64,000 nucleotides of DNA, from positions 800,001 through 864,000 of the forward strand of contig CAWGLD010000001.1 of NCBI GenBank assembly GCA_963823335.1. Reading direction: 5' to 3'. Below are positions 9,146 through 17,041 of the stretch, piece by piece. Each line of letters opens with the position of its first letter. Within the stretch, counting starts at the first letter, position 1. Position numbers and translations under genes: made by a program. The notes below the pieces were generated by a model. It was not told where the DNA came from. It searched no databases and saw only the letters and a program-made list of their open reading frames with translations. Source of the stretch: an uncultured delta proteobacterium. GTDB lineage: Bacteria; Desulfobacterota; Desulfobacteria; Desulfobacterales; B30-G6.

Positions 9146-9619
9146 TTAAACATCCTCCTCTGTATCAACGGACTCATCATCGGCCACTTTCAAAGAGGAT
9201 TTCAAGTTTTTGATCAGCTGTTTATCTTCATAGTCATCATCGATTTCGTCATCCAGAATATCGTCAAGCCCTTCTTCTTCAGCCTCGATATCTTCTTCAG
9301 GTTCTTCGGTGATGGCCTCTTTTTCGAAGAGCTCTTTGTCGTCAAACATGATTTCGATGGATTGTTCATCCCCGGAATCATAGAGCGACACTACCGCTGA
9401 TGCAATTTTGCTGACAATAGCGCTGGGTGGATACATGTTGCGTGTTCGCAATGCCCTGATGAGGGCAGCCGAGCCATTTTGGATAGCGGATACAACCCAG
9501 GCATCATCATACGATTCTTCACAAAGAAGTGACAGAATTTCTTTGTCGAGTTCTGCATACTCCTTGATGATGAGTCTTTGGTTATCGGTGTCCTTGTGTA
9601 TGGTATATTGTTGCTTCAT
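9146..9619 (-). CDS. Hypothetical protein with highly acidic C-terminus
   Basis: 157-aa ORF with GGGGA RBS-like motif and protein-like composition; Asp/Glu-rich tail; family not recognised. Confidence 0.75.
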   Translation of the reverse strand: MKQQYTIHKDTDNQRLIIKEYAELDKEILSLLCEESYDDAWVVSAIQNGSAALIRALRTRNMYPPSAIVSKIASAVVSLYDSGDEQSIEIMFDDKELFEKEAITEEPEEDIEAEEEGLDDILDDEIDDDYEDKQLIKNLKSSLKVADDESVDTEEDV

Positions 9620-9691
9620 CTACCGTCCCCTTTTGTGGTTATACTCGATGCCTTTGGTTATAAAAAATCTGCCTCATTACAGGTAATTACA

Positions 9692-9761
9692 GAACCCTGC
9701 AGCATGCGAAACACTGCCGCACGGCAGAACCTGCGAGGAATATGTCCGCTATTTCGGTTCA
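9692..9761 (+). repeat. REP-like family B copy
   Basis: gaaccctgcagcatgcgaaacactgccgcacggcagaacctgcgaggaatatgtccgctatttcggttca. Confidence 0.75.
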
Positions 9762-9862
9762 GACCCAACGAACCCCGGAAATCATATATCGAATGCCATG
9801 TCAATATCCAAATAAAATATTGACCCAGTTTTTTCAAAATGCTATCCATGCGACTCACGTTG

Positions 9863-9948
9863 GGAGGGATGGCCGAGTGGTTGAAGGCGGCGGTCTTGAA
9901 AACCGTTGAGCGAAAGCTCCGTGGGTTCGAATCCTACTCCCTCCGCCA
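9863..9948 (+). tRNA. tRNA-Ser (anticodon TGA)
   Basis: GGAGGGA/TCCCTCC acceptor, G73, encoded CCA, anticodon arm gcggt-ctTGAaa-accgt, long variable arm, GGTTCGAATCC. Confidence 0.97.
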
Positions 9949-10024
9949 AGAAATTCCATAGGATTGAATTTCACTTTTAGCTGATAGCAAGTAGCTGGTA
10001 GCTGTTGGTTGCGGGCAGGTCGGC

Positions 10025-10150
10025 ATGAAATTTCGTTTTAAAGAATTCAGGGTCTACCAAGAAGCCAAGGAATACTGTTTATTTTGTCGGAATATTACCT
10101 CAACACAGATTGAAAAAATCGATAGGAATCTGGCAAGCCAAATAGCTAGA
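10025..10150 (+). pseudogene. Truncated four-helix-bundle (Avd/S23-like, TIGR02436-type) gene remnant
   Basis: Translates MKFRFKEFRVYQEAKEYCLFCRNITSTQIEKIDRNLASQIAR, resembling the family N-terminus (F..VYQ.A...L..QI.R), then runs into the tRNA; preceded by 7-mer array agctgat-agcaagt-agctggt-agctgtt. Confidence 0.55.
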
Positions 10151-10175
10151 GTGTATGCTGATTCATCAGCATCCA

Positions 10176-10269
10176 GGAGAGATGGCCGAGCCGGCTGAAG
10201 GCGCTCGCCTGCTAAGCGAGTGTGGGGGGAAACTTGCCACCGAGGGTTCGAATCCCTCTCTCTCCGCCA
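10176..10269 (+). tRNA. tRNA-Ser (anticodon GCT), integration site
   Basis: GGAGAGA/TCTCTCC acceptor, ctcgc-ctGCTaa-gcgag anticodon arm, long variable arm, GGTTCGAATCC, CCA. Confidence 0.97.
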
Positions 10270-10282
10270 TATCAATACAGTT

Positions 10283-10316
10283 AGGCCTCCTTTTAACAAG
10301 GGAGGCCTTTCTTTTT
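10283..10316 (+). terminator. Intrinsic terminator after tRNA-Ser(GCT) (islet-supplied)
   Basis: aggcctcc...ggaggcct hairpin followed by ttcttttt. Confidence 0.75.
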
Positions 10317-10333
10317 GGTGGGCTGATTTATCC

Positions 10334-10358
10334 AAATCGTTATAAAAATCGTTATAAT
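10334..10358 (+). repeat. Putative integrase arm-type site pair, left end
   Basis: Tandem AAATCGTTATAA x2; exact copy at 12826-12850. Confidence 0.7.
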
Positions 10359-10440
10359 GCGCTTCGGAAATCGGTGTTTGGGGATTGTTTCAACGGGTGT
10401 GGCTTGAGAAGGGAATTATTGCCTGTCAGTCCTCGAAACT

Positions 10441-10585
10441 GTGAACCGAAATAGCGAGCGCATTCCCCGTAGGTTCTGCCGTTCGGCAGTGCTTCGCATG
10501 CTGCGGGGTTAGCGAGCGAATCTAAATTAGACAGAATTCCTTACGGCGAAGATTCCTCGTAGCTTGCTGCGAGGTTCTTCAATAA
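10441..10585 (-). repeat. REP-like family B, full two-hairpin copy
   Basis: Minus strand: ttattgaagaacctcgcagcaagctacgaggaatc...aaccccgcagcatgcgaagcactgccgaacggcagaacctacggggaatgcgctcgctatttcggttcac. Confidence 0.8.
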
Positions 10586-10640
10586 TTTTGTCTACGATCC
10601 TCATACGGGTCGAAAGCTTCAGTAAAGCGACTTCCGATTC

Positions 10641-11405
10641 TCAGATGCGCAGGTCGTATATGTTTCGAAGCAATTCAACGATCTCGTCGAAGTTGCTGCC
10701 ACCAAGCCCAAACGGTTTTAAAGTTGGAGGCGGGTCGGCTATCACCGCCTCCACAAAGCGTCGCATGTCACCTTTGATTACTTTCGGCAGGGTAATACGT
10801 TTGTCTGGTTCAATTACTTGGAAAAGCCGAAAGACATCGTTTTTATGTTTCTTGATGTCATTTCGATCAACCTTTTCGCCCGCATCTCTCCTTTCGGTGA
10901 GATCCAACCAAGCCCTTGCCTTTAAAGGGACAATTATTTCCGGAGGAACTGTTGGAATGCCATTGATATCAATTTTGGAGTCGTGAATGAAGTCGTAATA
11001 GCCGTCGTCCAACAAAATCGCTGAAAGACTTGACAGATCCTCATCCACCGGGATGGGGGTCAAATGGGCATCATCGGATAGTTTCAATACATCTGGAATG
11101 CGGGAAAAAAGCTCCAACATATATGGGAATGCTGCATCCTCGGGATCGAAAAACCGGTAAAACAGCTTTTTCCCAGTGCTCTTCTGAGTATTTTTGTACT
11201 TTCCCCTTTCAACAAAAGCCCAAAATGCTTTTGCAAATTTGGCGTCCAACGCCTCCACGCATAAAACGATATCAAGGTCCTTTGTAGCCCTGAAATCCAA
11301 ACCAGCCTCGTCCAAAGCAAGAAAACAGGCGGCACCGCCAATCAGGACATACCGATCATTGAATGCCTCAAAATGTGCTTTAAACTGGTCGATCCCTTTT
11401 ACCAT
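10641..11405 (-). CDS. Pol-beta-type nucleotidyltransferase, AbiEii/type IV toxin-like
   Basis: YVLIGGAAC and RATKDLDIV (GGxA...RxTxDxD) motifs; late LKARA and KKHKND motifs. Confidence 0.7.
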   Translation of the reverse strand: MVKGIDQFKAHFEAFNDRYVLIGGAACFLALDEAGLDFRATKDLDIVLCVEALDAKFAKAFWAFVERGKYKNTQKSTGKKLFYRFFDPEDAAFPYMLELFSRIPDVLKLSDDAHLTPIPVDEDLSSLSAILLDDGYYDFIHDSKIDINGIPTVPPEIIVPLKARAWLDLTERRDAGEKVDRNDIKKHKNDVFRLFQVIEPDKRITLPKVIKGDMRRFVEAVIADPPPTLKPFGLGGSNFDEIVELLRNIYDLRI

Positions 11406-12383
11406 TCAACTTGCTCCATCATGTCTTCCAGTGCAGATTGGACCCGTTCGTCTTCATCCTCCCTCATGCTTAAAAAGAGGGAGAAGCGATCCACCACCCC
11501 CTTTTCCCCAAACAGCTGTCGGGGAATAACTCCAAATTTCAAGTTCACTGGCATTGGGTTCGGCAATATCCAGGATCATTACATCATCGTTAGTTTTAAC
11601 TTTTTTCCACCGGTTCCCTTCCAAGGCCAGCACCGGGTTTACCGGCTCCGCCAAATTGGAATAGTGCGCCAGAGCGGACAGGCCTGCTTTCACCCCAAAG
11701 GTCTTGTTGGAAAAGGTCTTTACCCATAATCTTTTTTTAACCGGGCTGCGCAGTCGTTCGAGCGCGGTTTCCCAAACCTGTTTCTTGTCCCGATTAAAAC
11801 GCAGAACCCGCTCACGGCCTTCCATGACGATTGTGCCCAGTCCCACGCCATCCAATTCATTCAATGCGCGGGTCATCGTCATGATGCTATAGCCAAGCGC
11901 ATTGGCCAACGCCTTTGGCGTTAAGCGACGTTGACCGTTTTGGGATAAATAATACAATACAACCACTTGAGTAGATGGGCTAAAGCTTGCCTCCGTTTCC
12001 CGGATGTTTTTGAAATGCTCGCGCAGATCGATGCCAAGAAATGGAAGATACATTTGGTTCAAAGGAACAATGAAAGGTATCTTATACTGGATTAGCCGCT
12101 TGCGATTATATGAGGTCACTTTCTGCTGTACATATATCACCTCATCTTGCCACTTTTTTCGGACTTGGAGCATATGCTTCTGGATTGTTGCAGGGGTTTG
12201 CTCTGCCCTGTCCTTGGCCGCCATTATCAGGCAGGGCAACCCTAAAATACATACTTCAAGAAAAACATACATATTCCGAAGGAATATCGGCAGAGTCTCC
12301 GGCCATTGTTTTGGTCGCACATCGATATCCAGTGTTTCTTTCAGATAGCGCTTAAAGTTGGTTACAAGCTGATCCATGATCAC
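11399..12383 (-). pseudogene. HTH-containing type IV antitoxin-like gene with a frameshift near 11518
   Basis: HTH LTPKALANALGYSIMTMTRALNEL; after EIWSYSP a +1 frame gives QLFGEKGVVDRFSLFLSMREDEDERVQSALEDMMEQVEW*, whose stop overlaps the next ATG. Confidence 0.65.
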
Positions 12384-12402
12384 ATCCTAATAACAATTTT
12401 TA

Positions 12403-12433
12403 TGCACACTAACATACTATATGTTATCGTGCA
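12403..12433. promoter_or_regulatory. Inverted-repeat operator upstream of the TA-like pair
   Basis: TGCAC-ac-TAACATA-cta-TATGTTA-tc-GTGCA. Confidence 0.55.
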
Positions 12434-12825
12434 ACATAAATGTTAACCAGCTTGTTTTCTAAGGGGTTGGTGAAGAGTGGGATCACTATTACTATTTTAC
12501 TGCTATGGCCTATAAGTGCACCCAATTGATTAGAAAGGAACAATTCCAGTTATTTTTACACAGATTCCGCTCTGTTATGAAATCTTCCTTTTGGGTTAAA
12601 TTGTCATTCTGATGATATGAAGAATTACAATTTGACTCTAAAATGAATTCTAAAAAGCAAAGAAATAATAATAAGATAGACAAATTCATCAATTGTGGAA
12701 GGTCTACTGTGTTGGTGAATATTTATACATGGTAGGTATTTTGCCCCACACTATCTCCAGGTGCCAAACACACACACTTTCCGTTTTCTTTATTTCTGAT
12801 TGAACAACACAATAATTTCGGACAG

Positions 12826-12850
12826 AAATCGTTATAAAAATCGTTATAAT
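12826..12850 (+). repeat. Putative integrase arm-type site pair, right end
   Basis: Exact copy of 10334-10358. Confidence 0.7.
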
Positions 12851-12960
12851 CAGATCTCAAAACAGGCAAGATCTTGAAAGTTGCTGAAAGTTGACATTCG
12901 CCAGAGACCCGCTAATAGCAGGTTTCCGGCGATATTTCATTTATTTCGAAATTTCCGATC

Positions 12961-13026
12961 CTCGCCTGCTAAGCGAGTGTGGGGGGAAACTTCCACCGAG
13001 GGTTCGAATCCCTCTCTCTCCGCCAT
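12961..13026 (+). repeat. att direct repeat (displaced 3' part of tRNA-Ser GCT)
   Basis: Anticodon arm to CCA only; no 5' acceptor strand or D arm. Confidence 0.9.
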
Positions 13027-13035
13027 TTTTTATTG

Positions 13036-13068
13036 AAACGGGTCCCGATAACGGGGCCCGTTTTTTTT
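13036..13068 (+). terminator. Intrinsic terminator (original tRNA terminator)
   Basis: aaacgggtcccg-ataa-cggggcccgttt followed by a T tract. Confidence 0.8.
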
Positions 13069-13097
13069 GTTAGCGCTTGCAATAATCCAACAGGTTT

Positions 13098-13144
13098 ATG
13101 ATACTGTGATCAAATATCAGTTCGGTATTTGATCACAGTATCAT
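13098..13144. promoter_or_regulatory. Perfect 19-bp inverted repeat overlapping a putative promoter
   Basis: atgatactgtgatcaaata-9 nt-tatttgatcacagtatcat; TTGCAA(13077)-17 nt-GATACT overlaps its left arm. Confidence 0.6.
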
Positions 13145-13190
13145 TCCAATATCGGCAACAATCTTATATCCAACAAGACAGGAGACGTGA

Positions 13191-15341
13191 ATGGATCAAC
13201 TGGATGCCATATTTTCACCCAAATCACTCGCCGTTGTGGGTGCATCCACAACACCCGGCAAGGTGGGGCACGACATTTTTGTCAATATATTGAATGGCAA
13301 GTATACCGGCACACTGTACCCGGTGAATCCAAAAGCCCGTTCGGTGGCCTGCGTGAAGGCCTATCCGACCCTTACGGACATCCCGGATGACATCGATCTG
13401 GCCATGATTATCCTGCCGCCCCACCTGGCACTGAAATCCACCCAAGACGCCATCTCCAAAGGCGTCAAGGGAATCGTCATCGTGTCGGCCGGGTTTCGCG
13501 AAGTGGGAGGTGAAGGGCTGGAGATCGAGAACAAGATTGTGGCCCTCTGTAAGGAGGCGGGTGTGCGGATGATCGGCCCCAACTGCCTGGGGGTTATCAA
13601 CCCGAATCCCGACATACGGCTCAATGCCAGCTTTTCAGCACGAATGCCAGAATCAGGCAATGTCTCGTTCATCTCCCAGAGTGGCGCGCTCTGCACGGCG
13701 GTGCTGGATTTTGCCGCCGACCGGGACTTTGGTTTTTCCAAGTTTATCTCCATCGGGAACAAAGCAGATGTGGATGAACTCGACCTGCTGCGTTATCTGC
13801 ATGCCGACCAGGAAACGGAAGTCATCATGATATACCTGGAAGAGCTAAGGCACGGCGCCGAATTCGTGGACACCGTCAAGATGATCACATCGGGTGACAC
13901 CCCCAAACCTGTCCTGGTGATCAAATCCGGTCGCACTGGGGCCGGCGCCAAAGCCGCTGCATCCCATACCGGGGCCCTGGCCGGCACCGAAGCGGTCTAT
14001 GACGCCATCTTCCAGCAGTCCGGCATCATTCGTGTGGAAAGTATCGATGAGTTGTTCGATTTTGCAACGGCTTTTGCCTATAAGGACGAAAGTGCTCTGG
14101 GCAAGCGTCGTCGAAAAGTACCCCATGGCAACCGTGTGGCCATTGTAACCAACGCCGGTGGTCCGGGTATCGTGGCCACAGACGTCACCGTGTCATCGGG
14201 GCTTCAGTTGTCGCAACTGAGTCAGGACACCTTGGAGGCGCTCGCCAGCCACCTGCCTTCGACCGCCAATATCAACAATCCTGTGGACATCATCGGTGAT
14301 GCTGCCCAGGACCGCTATGAAAACGCTTTGTCAGCTGTCATTCGGGATGAGAATGTCGACGGCGCCCTGGTGATTCTGACCCCCCAGTCAATGACCAACG
14401 CCCTGGCCACAGCAGAAGCCATCGTCCGTATCGCCAGCCGTTCTCACAAACCGGTTCTTTGCTGTTTCATGGGAATCATCGATGTGTCGGCAGGTGTAAA
14501 ATATCTCCAGGAACACGGCATCCCGGTCTTCAAGTTCCCTGAAAATGCAGCCAAGGCTTTTGGTGCCCTCTATCGATACGCCAAATGGCTGAACCGTCAA
14601 ATCCTGGCACCCTTTCAACTCAAACACGACCGGAATCGTGCTACAGAATTGATCCAGACATTTATCGACCAGGGCCTGACCCATGTGGGCGAAAGGGAAG
14701 GGCTCGAGCTGCTCAAGTGCTATGGATTCAACACCCTTGAAACACAGCTTACCACAACTGCATCGGACGCTGCCGGTGCGGCAGAAAAAATGGGTTTCCC
14801 GGTGGTAATGAAAATCGTTTCTCCCCAGATCATTCACAAATCAGATGCCGGGGGCGTCAAAGTGGGCTTGGAAACCCGCACGGCCGTCGAAAGGGCCTTC
14901 GAAACCATCGTTGCCAATGCAAAAAACTACCAGAGCGATGTGAAAATTACCGGTGTGCTGGTCCAGAAACTGGCGCCCCGGGGCGAGGAGGTAATTCTGG
15001 GCATGAATCGCTATCCAGTGTTTGGCCCGCTGATCATGTTCGGTCTGGGAGGCATTTTCGTGGAACTCTTTGCGGATGTCGTTTTTCGCCTGGCTCCGGT
15101 AAACCGGAATTCTGTACGCCGGATGATCCGGCAGATCAAGGGTTTCAAACTATTGAACGGATTCAGGGGTCGACCTATAACCGATCTGGAAGAAATCGAA
15201 AAATCCCTGGTGCGCCTCTCGGATATGGTGATCTCCCATCCGGAAATCCAGGAACTGGATATCAACCCGCTTATCACCCATGAAAAAGGTCGCGGTGCAA
15301 CCGTGGCGGATTGTCGGATGATTCTCAAGGCGATGCCATGA
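13191..15341 (+). CDS. ADP-forming acetate/acyl-CoA ligase (fused alpha/beta, ATP-grasp)
   Basis: AVVGAS, YPVNP, GPNCLG, SQSG, AASHTGALAG phospho-His, HKSDAGGV, ELDINPL. Confidence 0.92.
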   Translation: MDQLDAIFSPKSLAVVGASTTPGKVGHDIFVNILNGKYTGTLYPVNPKARSVACVKAYPTLTDIPDDIDLAMIILPPHLALKSTQDAISKGVKGIVIVSAGFREVGGEGLEIENKIVALCKEAGVRMIGPNCLGVINPNPDIRLNASFSARMPESGNVSFISQSGALCTAVLDFAADRDFGFSKFISIGNKADVDELDLLRYLHADQETEVIMIYLEELRHGAEFVDTVKMITSGDTPKPVLVIKSGRTGAGAKAAASHTGALAGTEAVYDAIFQQSGIIRVESIDELFDFATAFAYKDESALGKRRRKVPHGNRVAIVTNAGGPGIVATDVTVSSGLQLSQLSQDTLEALASHLPSTANINNPVDIIGDAAQDRYENALSAVIRDENVDGALVILTPQSMTNALATAEAIVRIASRSHKPVLCCFMGIIDVSAGVKYLQEHGIPVFKFPENAAKAFGALYRYAKWLNRQILAPFQLKHDRNRATELIQTFIDQGLTHVGEREGLELLKCYGFNTLETQLTTTASDAAGAAEKMGFPVVMKIVSPQIIHKSDAGGVKVGLETRTAVERAFETIVANAKNYQSDVKITGVLVQKLAPRGEEVILGMNRYPVFGPLIMFGLGGIFVELFADVVFRLAPVNRNSVRRMIRQIKGFKLLNGFRGRPITDLEEIEKSLVRLSDMVISHPEIQELDINPLITHEKGRGATVADCRMILKAMP

Positions 15342-15437
15342 AAACGGACTGCAAACCCTGTTCTTCTATGAAACAGCGGCTTTCCATATGACCTGATGTT
15401 ATCGCAGATTTTTTTTCTTGTACCCTGAAAAAAAAAC

Positions 15438-15480
15438 TTGACATCTCTTCTGTCTGCGATATAGTTCATGCTATGAACCT
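15438..15480 (+). promoter_or_regulatory. sigma70 promoter plus palindromic operator over the marR start
   Basis: TTGACA-16 nt-TATAGT; TAGTT-catgctatg-AACCT spans the ATG; related TAGTT-N9-AACTA at 15967-15985. Confidence 0.6.
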
Positions 15481-15952
15481 TACAAGAGAAACCAATCGAA
15501 ATCGTGCGTCAGACAATCAAATCGTTCAGTTTCAGGGACTTATAACCAAATTGTTTCAGTGCTGCCAGGAACGACTGCAGTACCAGTGTGAGCGGTTCGA
15601 ACTTCCGGACGCCGAGCTGCGCTGTCTGTCGCTGTTTGGTGAAGAGCGCTACCTGACACCCAAAGGGATTGCTTTGAAGATGAATCTCGTCAAAAGCAGG
15701 ATATCCAAGATCGTTTCTGGTCTGGTCCGGAAAGAATTGATCCAAAAATTTTCCGATCCTGAAGACTCCCGGGTTACCTTGTTGAGCCTGACCGCTAAAG
15801 GTCAAAACAAACTTAATGATATCAATGGCTTTTTAAATGACATGCACCTGGAGGTCTTACGACAGATGGAACCGGAGCAGCGTAAAACCATGATTACCAA
15901 TCTCGAACTCTTGAAAGCCTCCATGGAGTCTGTCAAGGAGCTCATGGTTTAA
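15473..15952 (+). CDS. MarR-family transcriptional regulator
   Basis: wHTH LTPKGIALKMNLVKSRISKIVSGLV and DPEDSRVTLLSLTAKG; Cys residues (FQCCQ, YQC, LRC). Confidence 0.88.
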   Translation: MNLTRETNRNRASDNQIVQFQGLITKLFQCCQERLQYQCERFELPDAELRCLSLFGEERYLTPKGIALKMNLVKSRISKIVSGLVRKELIQKFSDPEDSRVTLLSLTAKGQNKLNDINGFLNDMHLEVLRQMEPEQRKTMITNLELLKASMESVKELMV

Positions 15953-15966
15953 ATTTTTTGTGCTTA

Positions 15967-15985
15967 TAGTTCTCAATAAGAACTA
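15967..15985. promoter_or_regulatory. Second putative MarR operator upstream of dsrE2
   Basis: TAGTTCT-caata-AGAACTA perfect 7-bp IR. Confidence 0.55.
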
Positions 15986-16065
15986 ATGTGCGAGGTTATT
16001 CTATTAACTATCTATTATTTAAATACAATTTTCGTTTATACTGCTAACAATTAAAGGAGGATAAC

Positions 16066-16611
16066 ATGTCGAACTTGGAAGAACAGGTTGCGCAGCTACA
16101 AGCCCAACTGGATGAAATGAAAAGCCAAACACCATCCAACAAGCTGGCCATGATCGTTTTCAGTGGTGACCTGGACAAGGCCCTGGCTGCCTTTATCATC
16201 GCCACCGGCGCCACAGCCATGGGTATGGAAGTGGTCATGTTTTTCACTTTCTGGGGGACCCCGATCCTGCGGGACAATAACAAAACCGTCGGTGGCAAGG
16301 ACACCATGGGTAAAATGTTCGGTGCCATGCTGCCAAAGGGTGCCGGAAAGGTCAAATTGTCCAAGATGAACATGGGTGGCATGGGAACCGCCATGATGAA
16401 ATCCCTGATGAAACAGAAAAACGTGGCCTCCTTGGAAGAGATGATTGCACTGGCGGAGGAGTTGGGGGTCAAAATCTACATTTGCGAAATGTCCATGGGC
16501 CTCATGGGATTCAAACGGGAGGAGATGATCGAATACGAAGGTGTCCAGTATGTCGGTGTGGCCACATTTCTGGCAGAGGCCGCGGACAGCAAAATTCAGC
16601 TGTTCCTGTAG
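16066..16611 (+). CDS. DsrE2/DsrE-DrsH-like sulfur carrier
   Basis: IVFSGDLDKA, FFTFWG, LSKMNMGGMG, ICEMSM active Cys, GVATFL. Confidence 0.9.
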   Translation: MSNLEEQVAQLQAQLDEMKSQTPSNKLAMIVFSGDLDKALAAFIIATGATAMGMEVVMFFTFWGTPILRDNNKTVGGKDTMGKMFGAMLPKGAGKVKLSKMNMGGMGTAMMKSLMKQKNVASLEEMIALAEELGVKIYICEMSMGLMGFKREEMIEYEGVQYVGVATFLAEAADSKIQLFL

Positions 16612-16714
16612 CGCAACCCAGAACCTGAGAGCGACATAACTATTTCCAATATACACGTAGAACAATCACCTATAAAATCAACCAATAGAACACGCACACA
16701 ACAGGAGGTATATC

Positions 16715-16957
16715 ATGAGCGATGACATTAAAGTCGATAAATCACTGGATCTGAAAGGGCTGGCCTGCCCCATGCCGGTCGTCAAAGTCAGCAAGGGTAT
16801 CAAAGAAGTTGAAATAGGTCAGGTTATTGAAGCCGTAACCACCGACCCGGGCTCTTTGACCGATTTTCCTGCCTGGGCAAAAACCAGTGGAAACGAGATT
16901 CTCAAGAGTGAACAGGACGGCAACGAAATTAAATTTTATATTAAACGCAAAAAATAG
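16715..16957 (+). CDS. tusA: TusA-family sulfurtransferase
   Basis: LDLKGLACPMP; TDPGSLTDFPAW. Confidence 0.93.
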   Translation: MSDDIKVDKSLDLKGLACPMPVVKVSKGIKEVEIGQVIEAVTTDPGSLTDFPAWAKTSGNEILKSEQDGNEIKFYIKRKK

Positions 16958-17041
16958 CCCTGCATCTGAATGTTAAATTTTAGGTGTCCAGCTTTACCGA
17001 CAACAACGACGCATGACGAGTTCTAATACATAGGAGGTGTC

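Larger units (their letters stand above)
10204..13026. mobile_element. Integrase-less genomic islet (~2.7 kb) in tRNA-Ser(GCT)
   Basis: Direct repeat of the tRNA 3' part at 10204-10270 and 12961-13026 (one 1-nt indel); identical 25-mer aaatcgttataaaaatcgttataat inside both ends; AT-rich interior. Confidence 0.88.

Noticed and set aside
9863-9948. tRNA-Sec (selC) next to the TGA-containing hydrogenase
   Set aside because: Anticodon is TGA (reads UCA, Ser), not TCA; normal 7-bp acceptor stem.
12510-12692. 60-aa ORF in the AT-rich part of the islet
   Set aside because: No RBS or recognisable motif; likely spurious or decayed DNA.
12961-13026. Third tRNA-Ser gene
   Set aside because: Lacks the 5' acceptor strand and D arm; it is the att duplication.
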